From: Pseudomonadota bacterium
GTDB lineage: Bacteria; Bdellovibrionota; FAC87; UBA2466
DNA length: 64,000 nt
Assembly: GCA_009927005.1 (NCBI GenBank)
Contig: RFNV01000210.1
Location: 5,725 to 69,724 of the forward strand
Direction of reading: 5' to 3'
Shown piece after piece: positions 39,657 to 49,302 of this stretch. The notes under the pieces were generated by a model, which saw nothing but the letters and a program-made list of their open reading frames with translations, had not been told where the DNA came from and made no database searches. Each line of letters opens with the position of its first letter. The stretch's first letter is position 1. A program made the translations under genes and the position numbers.

Positions 39657-40947
39657 TCCCTAGAACTTTCCCGTACAAGTAGTCTAAGTTTTTCAAAGCA
39701 CTTTGGGTATCAAAGAGCGCATTGAGTTCTACTTGTGGGAGCACTTTAGCGACTTTAGGATCAGCTTTCAATAGATCATGAAACGAAACTTTCTCATCGA
39801 GGGCTCGTAACGCATTGCCCTGCACAATCGCGTAGGCTTCATCTCGCGAAAGGCCTTTTTCAATGAGCTTCAAAAGGACTGTTTGCGAATAAGTAACCCC
39901 TGAGAGCAACTGAAGATTTTCGGTCATCTTCTGGGGATAAACCTCCAGGTTCGTCAGGAGCGCGTTCAATCTCCACAGGACGTAATCGGCAAGGATATTC
40001 GCATCGGGCCCAATCACTCGTTCGACGGAAGAATGGCTAATATCTCGCTCATGCCACAAAGCACAATTCTCCATGGCGGGAATCACCATGCTTCGCAAGA
40101 GCCGAGCAAGCCCAGTGAGATTTTCAGCGCTAATGGGATTTCGCTTGTGGGGCATAGCCGAGGACCCTTTTTGTCCCGAACTGAAGCCCTCCCTCACTTC
40201 TCCGACTTCTGTGCGTTGTAAGTGTCTTAACTCAACCGCTATCGCTTCAACTGAAGACCCAAGTAACGCCAAGGAAGAAAAATAAGCGGCAAACCGATCG
40301 CGTGAAATCACTTGAGTAGAAAGAGAATCTGGCTCAAGCTTCAGCTTTTCGCATACAAACTTCTCTACTTCGGGCGGAACATGGGCGTAGTTTCCGACGG
40401 CTCCCGATAATTTGCCGACGGCAATTTCTTTCTTGGCAGCTTCAACACGTCCATAGGCTCGCTTCAGACTGTCATGCCACAAGAGCCACTTCATTCCCAT
40501 CGTCATCGGTTCTGCGTGGATTCCGTGAGTTCTCCCCATCATGAGGGTATTTCTATCTTGAAGAGCTCGTTTTTTAGTGGTTTCTAAACACTCCCGAATT
40601 CCCGAGAGTACCAGCTCAGCCGATTTAGTTAATCGATAAGCAAAGGCAGTATCCACAATATCGCTTGAGGTAAGACCCAAGTGCACAAAGCGCCCCGAAT
40701 CCCCGATAGTTCTTTGAACCTCAGAAACAAAAGCAGCTACATCGTGTTTGGTCTTCTTTTCGGTTTCCCGAATGCGATCGATTTCAAACCCAGCACGCTC
40801 CTGAATATTTTTCATGTCCGCAACTGGAATCTTTCCGAGCTTTGCCCAGCCTTCGCAGGCAAGAACTTCGATATCCAACCAGGTTCGGTACTGGGTTTCT
40901 TCGGACCAGAGGTGCGACATCTCTGGTCGGCTATACCTTTCGATCAC
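39646..40947 (-). CDS. purB: adenylosuccinate lyase PurB
   Basis: 433 aa. Fumarate-lyase signature GSSAMPHKRNP. N-terminal MIERYSRPEM. Confidence 0.9.
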   Translation of the reverse strand: MIERYSRPEMSHLWSEETQYRTWLDIEVLACEGWAKLGKIPVADMKNIQERAGFEIDRIRETEKKTKHDVAAFVSEVQRTIGDSGRFVHLGLTSSDIVDTAFAYRLTKSAELVLSGIRECLETTKKRALQDRNTLMMGRTHGIHAEPMTMGMKWLLWHDSLKRAYGRVEAAKKEIAVGKLSGAVGNYAHVPPEVEKFVCEKLKLEPDSLSTQVISRDRFAAYFSSLALLGSSVEAIAVELRHLQRTEVGEVREGFSSGQKGSSAMPHKRNPISAENLTGLARLLRSMVIPAMENCALWHERDISHSSVERVIGPDANILADYVLWRLNALLTNLEVYPQKMTENLQLLSGVTYSQTVLLKLIEKGLSRDEAYAIVQGNALRALDEKVSFHDLLKADPKVAKVLPQVELNALFDTQSALKNLDYLYGKVLGNDN

Positions 40948-41912
40948 TTGGCCTCCTCGATACTGTCATCGGTTATCGAAAAAAGAGCTTCTAGGAGTGT
41001 CTTTCTCGCAAAATCATCTGCGAGACTCAGAGAAATCCCGAAGTCTGCGGCCGTATAATACCTGAAGTAACCCTCGCTATTGAAGTACCAAAGTCCTTGG
41101 ACTTCAGAAATATTGCGAACAAATGCGGCAGTTTTCTTCCCCCCAGCGGTCGTATCGTAGATCTTAGAAGGGGCTTCATAGCCATTTGGCATTTTTTCCT
41201 GATTAAATCGGATAATCGTTTCTTCAACTCCGTTTTGGCTCTTCTTTTCGTACTCATTTTTAATGAAGTAATTGAAAGCCGATACGATTCCCACAAAAGA
41301 GGGTCCCTTCACACTCAAGGAAATTAAAAAGGGAGAGCTCTCAACGGGTCCTGGAGGCAAAACTTTTCCCGTCTTCTCATCGACACGGTCAAAAAGAAGA
41401 ATCGATGGAATTCCGTGGTTTTGCTTGGTGTACCGACCATTGTCCAACATCCGAGCAGTCGCTTTATCAAAAGCCCCACGTATTTGGCTCTGCGATAGGC
41501 CGAGTGCTGGGAGGTAGCAAGAGCCATCTGCGATATACCATCGCTGTGTTCCGCTAGGAGCATAGACCGTTCGGTGATCAATCGGCCGAGTCGCGCACTC
41601 ACCACACTCTTCCATTTTTCCGATCAACGAATCTCTCAGTCGGCTGACGTTTTTTTCTTGGGCATCTAAAGCACTTGCAGCGGCTCCCGATTTAATTAAC
41701 GAAAGCAGTTTGTTTTTTTCTTCACGGTGTTTTAATCGCAAATCCTGAAGCTCAGTAGCGCACTGTTGGTTTGCTAACCTCGATTGGAAATATTCAGCTA
41801 CCGGCTTTCCTTGAGTAAGCCCCAAATCCAACTGAGCCTCCGGAATCACCGGACGTTCATTGGCCATAAGCTTCAAAGCTACCGTTAATCCCAAGAGCAT
41901 CTGTTTTTTCAT
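40944..41912 (-). CDS. hypothetical secreted protein
   Basis: 322 aa. Signal peptide MKKQMLLGLTVALKLMA. Coiled-coil-like N-region and a CGEC pair. No family recognised. ATGA overlaps on both sides: with the large lipoprotein upstream and with purB downstream. Confidence 0.55.
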   Translation of the reverse strand: MKKQMLLGLTVALKLMANERPVIPEAQLDLGLTQGKPVAEYFQSRLANQQCATELQDLRLKHREEKNKLLSLIKSGAAASALDAQEKNVSRLRDSLIGKMEECGECATRPIDHRTVYAPSGTQRWYIADGSCYLPALGLSQSQIRGAFDKATARMLDNGRYTKQNHGIPSILLFDRVDEKTGKVLPPGPVESSPFLISLSVKGPSFVGIVSAFNYFIKNEYEKKSQNGVEETIIRFNQEKMPNGYEAPSKIYDTTAGGKKTAAFVRNISEVQGLWYFNSEGYFRYYTAADFGISLSLADDFARKTLLEALFSITDDSIEEAK

Positions 41913-44386
41913 GGCGTTTCTCCTTTTTTAAAAATCATTTGAGCAGAATCAAGAATCGAGAGTAGTTCCCCTGAGCGATCCATTTCCAAAACCATGATTG
42001 CAATTTCCTGCATTCTTTCATTTTGGATTCGAGCTAAAAGATGCATTCCCTCATCAATCACTTTCTTTTCCGACAAAAGGCGAAATTCCTTGATGAGCTC
42101 CAAAAAGGAAATATGGCTTTTTCGCATCTTGAGAAGATCGCGAAGCTCTGAGAATCCATTGTTTTTAGAGAAGTTGATAGCCCACTGACTTTCTGAATCT
42201 GTGATTCTCCACTCGGTTTTAAAAAGACTTTGGACGAGCGTTGAAATCCTTGCCGGACTTTCTCGTTGGACAAGTTTGGTCAGAAATCCAAACAATACAT
42301 CAGCCCCATTTTGACCTGAGAGGTCTTCTCCGAGTACTGCATTTACTTTTTCTTGAAGAAGTCTCGCCTGAAGGGTTGAAAGCCCAGCGAAGCCTCTCAA
42401 GCCTCTGGCAATCTGATTTCCATTAAGAAGGAGTGATTGAAATCCCGGAAAGGCGGGAACTCCTTCTTCAGATTCATTAAACAAAGAAAGTTCAGAGAAA
42501 ATGCTTAAACTATTTCCCAGCTTGGAAATGTCAGGCGCGGCAAATTTCTTTATGAATGAATGATAAAAACTAAATACCTCATCTAAAGCGTAAATGCTTT
42601 GAACGTTTACTAGAACTTCGTTGACCCACTCAGCTACTTCGAGATCAGATTGAAAAAGACTGACCAGTAAGGCTCTGTCTTCCATCTCAAGTTCACCGAG
42701 TTTGAGATCCACAAAGATAAGTTTTCTTAGGTGCTCCCATTGCTTGCTACTTAGCTGGGCTAAAAACCCTTGAGCTTGGGCCAGCAAGTTGGGTGAGCTC
42801 TTCAAAAGCTCAAGACTCAATCCCCTTTCCGAATGACTCCCCACCAAGCTTTGGACCAGAGTGACCAAAAAGGGGGTGATATCCGCAAAAGGTCTCACCG
42901 CATGCGCCGAAGCGAGTGCTTCAGAGAACCCTTCAGCTAAAGTGAGCGTTTCGGAAGAAAAAGCCACTGAGTAACTGTTCTTTCCGCTATCTTGTTCTCG
43001 AACCAAACTTTCCAATCGAGAGAGAGTGGAAAGAAGGCCCAGGCTTTGAAGATCTTGTTTTACCGAATCAGAAACCGCATCTTTCGAGTCTTCCTTGGTG
43101 AGACTTAATCGAAACTCCTTCAAGGACAGAGGACTTTTCCAGAGCAGTTCTTCAAACGATTCTGGTCCCAACTCTTTTACTTGGGGAGCCGACTGACGAA
43201 CCGATTCTTCAAGAAAACGCGTGAGAAAAAGAGCATTGAGTTGGAGCGGCAACCGATAAGACCCGCCGTCGGCTTGAGCTTCCAGCCGCCGGGGATCAGA
43301 TATCTTTTGTATCCCCGAGTACAGAACCGAATAAAGTCGAATAAATTCTTGCGTAGGAGGAGCGCTGACTTCCCTCCTCGGAAGCGCTAACCAAAAGGCT
43401 CGGTCTAATGGGCTTCCATCTTCTGGCTTTAAGATGACCTGTCTAACGGTTTCTGAAAGTGACTGAACAAAAATCGGATCCCACTTCATCGTTAAAGCGT
43501 GAACAATATCCGGATTCGAGCGAAGACCCTCTTGAAGAACAGTCACCACTTTTTCAGCAGGACGATTAAGAAGTTCTGCCAATCGTAGGGCTTGGCTCAG
43601 AGAAGTTCGTTTTTCACCAAAACTTTTCGCTAATGCACTAAACCGATCTTCACCTGAGGCTTTTAAATGTTCGCGGCTCGCCTCAGCGAGTGGGGCTGCC
43701 CATTGGAGATCTGCTACAGAGTCTAAAAGTCCTCGAAGCTTTGAGCGGGTTGGCTCATTGCCCATGAGCTGAAACACTTCCTCAAAGATTTTTTCTGTTT
43801 TCAAATTCGGTTTCTCAGGCACTTCTAGGAATTGGTTTGAAGCAGACTGGAGAGGTTTCAGAACTCCATTCACAAAATTTGGATCCAAAAGCCCAACTGC
43901 TCGGGGGAGCAACTCCCAAACCGCTTCATCTTCGAGGACACTGGGTAGAGCACTGCCCAATTTCTGAATACTTTTTCTCAAACTCGAAAACCCTTGGGTT
44001 TTAACGCGAGACTTCACTAGTTGAATCAAGCCTCTTTTAGAAAGCGCGTCTTGATACACCCATTCGTTGAGGAAACGGCCCCAAGCGGAGAGTTCATCAT
44101 CAGAAAGTGCCCCGATTGCTTCGGCTAGGGAATTAAACTCACCCTTTTGGTTTAGGATTTTGAAAAGTTCTTTTAGGTCCTTAGCGCCCAACTCTCTTCC
44201 TAAAATCAGGTGGTCACTTGGCGTGGAAATGGGTCCAGGAAGAACAGGTCTTTGAAGCGGTTTACCGCACCCCAAAAGACCGCAGAGCAGGAAGAGAACT
44301 CCCCCAATTTGAATGGATTTCAACCGGAACACGGGCGGCACTTTACCCTTTTTAATGCGCCGAGTCAACACTCCGCTGCTATCCAC
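41909..44386 (-). CDS. large hypothetical Leu-rich alpha-helical lipoprotein or membrane-anchored protein
   Basis: 825 aa. N-terminal hydrophobic segment with lipobox-like LLGCG. The remainder is Leu/Ser/Glu-rich and predicted helical. No catalytic motif recognised. Confidence 0.55.
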   Translation of the reverse strand: MDSSGVLTRRIKKGKVPPVFRLKSIQIGGVLFLLCGLLGCGKPLQRPVLPGPISTPSDHLILGRELGAKDLKELFKILNQKGEFNSLAEAIGALSDDELSAWGRFLNEWVYQDALSKRGLIQLVKSRVKTQGFSSLRKSIQKLGSALPSVLEDEAVWELLPRAVGLLDPNFVNGVLKPLQSASNQFLEVPEKPNLKTEKIFEEVFQLMGNEPTRSKLRGLLDSVADLQWAAPLAEASREHLKASGEDRFSALAKSFGEKRTSLSQALRLAELLNRPAEKVVTVLQEGLRSNPDIVHALTMKWDPIFVQSLSETVRQVILKPEDGSPLDRAFWLALPRREVSAPPTQEFIRLYSVLYSGIQKISDPRRLEAQADGGSYRLPLQLNALFLTRFLEESVRQSAPQVKELGPESFEELLWKSPLSLKEFRLSLTKEDSKDAVSDSVKQDLQSLGLLSTLSRLESLVREQDSGKNSYSVAFSSETLTLAEGFSEALASAHAVRPFADITPFLVTLVQSLVGSHSERGLSLELLKSSPNLLAQAQGFLAQLSSKQWEHLRKLIFVDLKLGELEMEDRALLVSLFQSDLEVAEWVNEVLVNVQSIYALDEVFSFYHSFIKKFAAPDISKLGNSLSIFSELSLFNESEEGVPAFPGFQSLLLNGNQIARGLRGFAGLSTLQARLLQEKVNAVLGEDLSGQNGADVLFGFLTKLVQRESPARISTLVQSLFKTEWRITDSESQWAINFSKNNGFSELRDLLKMRKSHISFLELIKEFRLLSEKKVIDEGMHLLARIQNERMQEIAIMVLEMDRSGELLSILDSAQMIFKKGETP

Positions 44387-44405
44387 TAAGTTATTGTATT
44401 TATGA

Positions 44406-45380
44406 TTATTTCTGGCCTATCCGCTTTAGTATCTGGGCCGCCTGAACGGAGCCGGCAAGAATAGCCGCCCGTTTCTGGGAAAAATCGAGAGGGGATGCCT
44501 TTAACTCCACTTGAAAAGCTCCCTCAGCTTGCGCCAGTTCTTCTCGGATATTTTTTCGTAATGAAGCTAAAAAGACATTTCGAATGGTTGGCTTTTTAGG
44601 GCTCTCTTTCGCGCTTTTAGAAAAACCAATGTAGTCCGAATACATTTGCACTGCAAAAACCGGATACGCCCCTCTTTTTTTAGCTTCAGATACTCCCAGA
44701 GCTTGAAGATCAAATGCCTGAAGAGACGAAGACTCTTGTTCTGGAAAGCTTCGATAAAGCCCGGGAACAGCCAACGTTTTTAAAATGGGTTCCACCCATT
44801 CTCCAGAATCGAAGACCCCTTGTTTTTCCTTTTCCGTGTTGCCAACCACAAGAATGACTGGGGTTTGGGAATCCCTTAAATCTTTTTTCTTAAGAAAACT
44901 CTCGATAAGCTTGGAAAGCTCTCCTTCGTCTTCACCTTTTTTTAATTTACAAGCTTTCTCAAAGTCTTCGCTTTGAAGCCTCATGGCAAACCACTCAAGG
45001 TCATGTACCGATTTAAAAAATCCGTAACCCAGAGCAAAAACTGCTGGCCAACCAGTCGCTACAATCAAATCAATTTTTACCCCCTCCTTTTTTAATCGCT
45101 TAAGTAGGCCAACGGTTGCAAAGCTCGCAACTCCAGCACCGCCCAAAACAAGCGTTATCCCCGGTTTTTTAGCAAAAGAGCTTTCTGAGTTACCGGCTGC
45201 GGCGCCCGGAGTGATCGGAAACTCCATTCGGGTATCAGAATCGGTTTGTACTGGACTGGAATCGACGTTTTCTAAATCCTGAAACGGTTTGAAATCCGGT
45301 GTGGGCCGTTTGATAGCGCACGCAGAAAGACTGAGAATCAAATAGAAACAAAAAAGAAAAGGCAGTTTTCTAGCGCTCAT
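44406..45380 (-). CDS. patatin-like phospholipase-domain lipoprotein, probably catalytically degenerate
   Basis: 324 aa. Lipobox LSLSAC. LVLGGAGVASFATVGLLKRLKKEGVKIDLIVATGWPAVFALGY aligns with the patatin Gly-rich and GxSxG region, but with ATGWP where GTSAG is expected, so the nucleophilic Ser appears replaced by Gly. Confidence 0.55.
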   Translation of the reverse strand: MSARKLPFLFCFYLILSLSACAIKRPTPDFKPFQDLENVDSSPVQTDSDTRMEFPITPGAAAGNSESSFAKKPGITLVLGGAGVASFATVGLLKRLKKEGVKIDLIVATGWPAVFALGYGFFKSVHDLEWFAMRLQSEDFEKACKLKKGEDEGELSKLIESFLKKKDLRDSQTPVILVVGNTEKEKQGVFDSGEWVEPILKTLAVPGLYRSFPEQESSSLQAFDLQALGVSEAKKRGAYPVFAVQMYSDYIGFSKSAKESPKKPTIRNVFLASLRKNIREELAQAEGAFQVELKASPLDFSQKRAAILAGSVQAAQILKRIGQK

Positions 45381-46119
45381 AAAAAAATAAGTACTCTAGA
45401 TTACCACTCTTTTTACCTGGAAGAGGAGAAGTTTCGGGCCCCCCGTTTTTCTTAAAGCCCTGTTCCCTCATCCAGTCCTCAAATTTCTGAAGGCTCTTTT
45501 GAACGGCTTCCTCATTTTTCACTTTTCCCTTTTTTCCCAAGTTCTCGGGACCGACTTCAAATTGGGGCTTAAAGAGTAAAACCCATTCTTTGAGTGAGGG
45601 AAACTCTTTGGCTAAAGGCTCAATGACTTTTTCAATTGAGATAAAAGAGACATCCACAACGGCCAACTCGACTTTCGTCCCCCATTCGCCAAGCACTTCT
45701 TTCGTTAGATGGCGTGCGTTTGTCTTTTCCAAATTAATTACTTGGGGATGATTTCGAAGCTCAACATCGAGTTGTCCGTAGCCGACATCGATAGCCACCA
45801 CGTGGGAAGCTCCATTTTTTAGGAGGCAATGGGTGAATCCGCCAGTGGAAGCTCCAACATCCATACACACTTTATCGGTAGCTGAAATATGGAACCGGTC
45901 CAGAGCAAACTGTAGTTTTTGTCCCGCCCGGCTTTTAAAAGGTAGAGATCGCGATTTAAGCTCGATTTCGATGTCGACAGGATAAGCTGTTCCTGGTTTT
46001 TCTAGTCTTTGACCTTGCGAACCAAAAACCTCACCTGCCAAGATCAGCGCCTGGGCTTTCTCGCGGCTTTCACAGAGGCCACGTTCGACTAATAAAACGT
46101 CGAGTCGTTTTTTTTCCAT
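45370..46119 (-). CDS. tlyA: TlyA-family rRNA 2'-O-methyltransferase (hemolysin A-like)
   Basis: N-terminal S4 domain (RLDVLLVERGLCESREKAQALILAGEV) followed by an FtsJ-like methyltransferase (DVGASTGGFT). Confidence 0.85.
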   Translation of the reverse strand: MEKKRLDVLLVERGLCESREKAQALILAGEVFGSQGQRLEKPGTAYPVDIEIELKSRSLPFKSRAGQKLQFALDRFHISATDKVCMDVGASTGGFTHCLLKNGASHVVAIDVGYGQLDVELRNHPQVINLEKTNARHLTKEVLGEWGTKVELAVVDVSFISIEKVIEPLAKEFPSLKEWVLLFKPQFEVGPENLGKKGKVKNEEAVQKSLQKFEDWMREQGFKKNGGPETSPLPGKKSGNLEYLFFYER

Positions 46120-46121
46120 GA

Positions 46122-48080
46122 TTAATTAAGAACGAGAGAGGCTTCTGTAGAAGACCTGCGATTTTCTGGAACAGAAGAAGGCTTCGCTTCATTCATTTTT
46201 TCAATAACCCAAGCAGCAACACTCGCAGCATCTAAACCCGTTTCTTTTCTTTGAATTGCGGGGCTTGCATGATCGATAAAAAGATCGGGAAGTCCCAAGC
46301 AAAGAACTGACTGCTTCAAATCCCTTTTTTGCATGAGTTCAAGCACCGCGCTTCCAAATCCACCACATATCGTGTTTTCCTCGACCGTGACGACGAGTTT
46401 TGAACGACCGATCCATTCGATTAAGAGTTTTTCATCCAATGGTTTTACAAAGCGTGCGTTGATAGTTGCTGTGCTAAAACCTTCCCCACGAATTTTTTCT
46501 TGGGCTTCAAGAACGGTCTGAACGGCAAACCCAATACCAATCAACAGAACATCGACTTTTTCTTTGTCTGCTTTTAAAAGCTCTCCCTTTCCAATCGGTA
46601 GGGCTTTGAGTTTTTTATCCAAGGGCACGCCTACAACCTCACCGCGAGGATAACGGAAAGCAATGGGTCCCTTTTGATAATCCACAGCGGTTTTGACCAT
46701 GTGTCGCAGTTCATTTTCATCTTTAGGGGCCATAATCACAAAATTAGGAATGGCCCTTAAGTAAGTCAGATCAAAAGCTCCTTGATGAGTCACCCCATCC
46801 GCCCCCACCAACCCCGCTCGATCCATTGCAAAAATCACAGGAAGGTTTTGAATACCAACGTCGTGAATGCACTGATCGTAAGCTCTTTGCAAAAAAGTAG
46901 AATAAATAGCAGCTACTGGCCGATAGCCTTCAGTTGCAAGCCCAGCCGCAAAAAGAACTGCATGGCTTTCCGCAATTCCCACATCGTAAGTTCTTTTTGG
47001 AAACTCTTTCTGAAACTTATTAATTCCAGTTCCACTCGGCATTGCCGCAGTAATCGCAACGATTCTGGGATCTTCTTTTGCCAACTGAATCAAAGTTTCC
47101 GCAAAAACATCTTGGTAATTTGGTTTCTTGGGCGTTACCGCTTGAATTCCGTCCTTAATAGAAAAAGGAGAAACTCCGTGGTACTTCAGCGAATTTTCTT
47201 CAGCAAGTTTATAGCCCTTCCCTTTTTTGGTCACCACATGAACCAAATAGGGTCCGCCTTCTGAGCCAGTTTCTTTTACAAATGAAAGAGCTTCTACCAC
47301 TGCATTGATGTCGTGACCGTCAATGGGTCCCATGTATCTAAAGCCAAAACATTCAAAGAGAATTCCAGGCGTGAAAAAGTTCTTCATGCTTTTACGCGCA
47401 CGAGAGGCAAAAGTAGAAAGGTCTACCCCGTGGCTTGCCATCGAATCTACGGCTGACTTAATTTCATTTCGCAAGCGATTGTAGCCTGGATGAATCAAAG
47501 CATGATTCACGAAACGGTTCAAAGCTCCCACATTGGAGTCAATGGCCATATCGTTATCATTTAAAATCACGACTAAGTTTTTTGCAGGAATGTGGCCAGC
47601 ATTGTTCAGGGCTTCAAAAGCAAGCCCACCGGTCATCGAGCCATCGCCAATAATCGCAAGAGCCATATGATCAGAACCGCTGAGTCTTAATCCTTCGGCG
47701 ATCCCTAAAGCAGCCGAAATAGAAGTACTCGCATGGCCTGCTCCGAAGTGATCGTACTCACTTTCTGCCCGACTGGTGAATCCGCTGATACCACCGTGCT
47801 GCCGAATCGTGTGAAACCGATCTTTTCTCCCCGTAAGAATTTTGTGCGGATAAGCTTGATGTCCAACGTCCCAAACTAATTTATCTTTGGGGGTATCAAA
47901 TACATAGTGAAGCGCGACGGTTAGTTCTACGGTTCCCAGATTGGATGAAAAATGTCCGCCTTTTTGGGAAATCACTTCCAAAATAAAATCTCGGACCTCA
48001 TCACAAACCGTTCCCAATTCCTTTGCTTTCAGGCGACGAAGGTCTTGCGGTAAATTAATTTGATCAAGTAGTTTTCCCAC
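46122..48080 (-). CDS. dxs: 1-deoxy-D-xylulose-5-phosphate synthase
   Basis: 652 aa. ThDP motif GDGSMTGGLAFEALNNAG. Transketolase-like pyrimidine and C-terminal domains. Classic xseB-ispA-dxs order. Confidence 0.92.
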   Translation of the reverse strand: MGKLLDQINLPQDLRRLKAKELGTVCDEVRDFILEVISQKGGHFSSNLGTVELTVALHYVFDTPKDKLVWDVGHQAYPHKILTGRKDRFHTIRQHGGISGFTSRAESEYDHFGAGHASTSISAALGIAEGLRLSGSDHMALAIIGDGSMTGGLAFEALNNAGHIPAKNLVVILNDNDMAIDSNVGALNRFVNHALIHPGYNRLRNEIKSAVDSMASHGVDLSTFASRARKSMKNFFTPGILFECFGFRYMGPIDGHDINAVVEALSFVKETGSEGGPYLVHVVTKKGKGYKLAEENSLKYHGVSPFSIKDGIQAVTPKKPNYQDVFAETLIQLAKEDPRIVAITAAMPSGTGINKFQKEFPKRTYDVGIAESHAVLFAAGLATEGYRPVAAIYSTFLQRAYDQCIHDVGIQNLPVIFAMDRAGLVGADGVTHQGAFDLTYLRAIPNFVIMAPKDENELRHMVKTAVDYQKGPIAFRYPRGEVVGVPLDKKLKALPIGKGELLKADKEKVDVLLIGIGFAVQTVLEAQEKIRGEGFSTATINARFVKPLDEKLLIEWIGRSKLVVTVEENTICGGFGSAVLELMQKRDLKQSVLCLGLPDLFIDHASPAIQRKETGLDAASVAAWVIEKMNEAKPSSVPENRRSSTEASLVLN

Positions 48081-48970
48081 TAGTATTTCCTGTGTCGGAT
48101 GAACTCAGCAATATCCCTGAGCGCTTGGGATTTGTCACCCCAAGGTTCTACAGATTCGATAGCCGTTTGAATTAATTGGTCTAAAAGATCCTGCATTTCC
48201 ACTCGGTTCATGAGCTCACTGTAGGCCGGGCGAGCCTTTTTTCGAGGTCCCCGGGCATATCGGCCACTGGATTGGGCATCTAAAATATCGTCTGAGATTT
48301 GGAAAGCTAGTCCCAAAGCACTGCCGTAACGCTTTAATAATAAAGATTTTTTTTCGTCGAGACCCCTGAGCCGAGCCGGCAAGAGTACTGAAGCCACGAT
48401 CATGGCTCCGGTTTTATGAATATGGATGAATTCGACTTCGGGCAAATTAAACTGGGGCTGTTCCAGCGTGATATCGATAAATTGGCCGCCCACCAGTCCC
48501 CTCACCCCAGCAGCTGAGACCAAAAGTTCCAAAGCCGATAAGACATGAGCTGGGGTAAATTTTTTCTGCTCTTGGAGTCGCCCGAGAAGGCCAAAGGCTT
48601 CAGTGAGAAGGGCATCTCCGGCCAAAATCGCAACTGCTTCTCCAAACTTTTTATGGCTTGAGGGCTTTCCCCTCCGAGTATCGTCGTCATCAAGAGCGGG
48701 TAAATCGTCGTGGATTAAAGAATAAGTGTGGATGTACTCCACAGCCAAAGCTGCTGGCAGAACATCCTCCGCATCGATTCCCAAACATTGGGCAGTCGCA
48801 AGCGTCAGGAGTGGCCGAAATCTTTTGCCCCCTCCCGAGAGACTGTATTCCATTGCCTCAATCAGAGGTGCAAACCGTTGAGAAGAAGTTTTTCGAAAGT
48901 GATTGAGGCTTTGCTCAATGCCGGCATCAACTAAAGTCACCCACTCGGAAGAATAAGTCTTTAAATTCAT
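48080..48970 (-). CDS. ispA: farnesyl/geranyl diphosphate synthase IspA
   Basis: First Asp-rich motif LIHDDLPALDDDDTRRGKPS and second DD motif FQISDDILD are present. Confidence 0.9.
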   Translation of the reverse strand: MNLKTYSSEWVTLVDAGIEQSLNHFRKTSSQRFAPLIEAMEYSLSGGGKRFRPLLTLATAQCLGIDAEDVLPAALAVEYIHTYSLIHDDLPALDDDDTRRGKPSSHKKFGEAVAILAGDALLTEAFGLLGRLQEQKKFTPAHVLSALELLVSAAGVRGLVGGQFIDITLEQPQFNLPEVEFIHIHKTGAMIVASVLLPARLRGLDEKKSLLLKRYGSALGLAFQISDDILDAQSSGRYARGPRKKARPAYSELMNRVEMQDLLDQLIQTAIESVEPWGDKSQALRDIAEFIRHRKY

Positions 48971-49215
48971 TGAGAAACATTAAAAGGAGTGGTTTTGAGG
49001 TCCCCTTCTGGAGTCTGCATGAGCAATTCCACTTTTCGCTCAACTTCTTCCAATTGCTTTAAGCACTCACGGGATAACGCCACCCCTTTTTCAAAAGCCT
49101 TGAGTTGAGCTTCCAGGGGAATGTCTCCGCCCTCAAGCTGGCCCACGATTTTCTCAAGTTCCTTCAAAGAGGTTTCAAATGTGTTGTTTTCTGTAGGTTT
49201 GCTCATAGGTTCCAA
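48967..49215 (-). CDS. xseB: exodeoxyribonuclease VII small subunit XseB
   Basis: 82 aa. FETSLKELEKIVGQLEGGDIPLEAQLKAFEKGVALSRECLKQLEEVERKVE is the typical XseB pattern. First gene of the array. Confidence 0.85.
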   Translation of the reverse strand: MEPMSKPTENNTFETSLKELEKIVGQLEGGDIPLEAQLKAFEKGVALSRECLKQLEEVERKVELLMQTPEGDLKTTPFNVSQ

Positions 49216-49302
49216 AGAATAGGTGACCCGGGCTCAGACTGTCAATCCGAGCGCTGTTTAAATTGACATTACGGATAGATAGCCCCAAACAGATAAGAAA
49301 CG

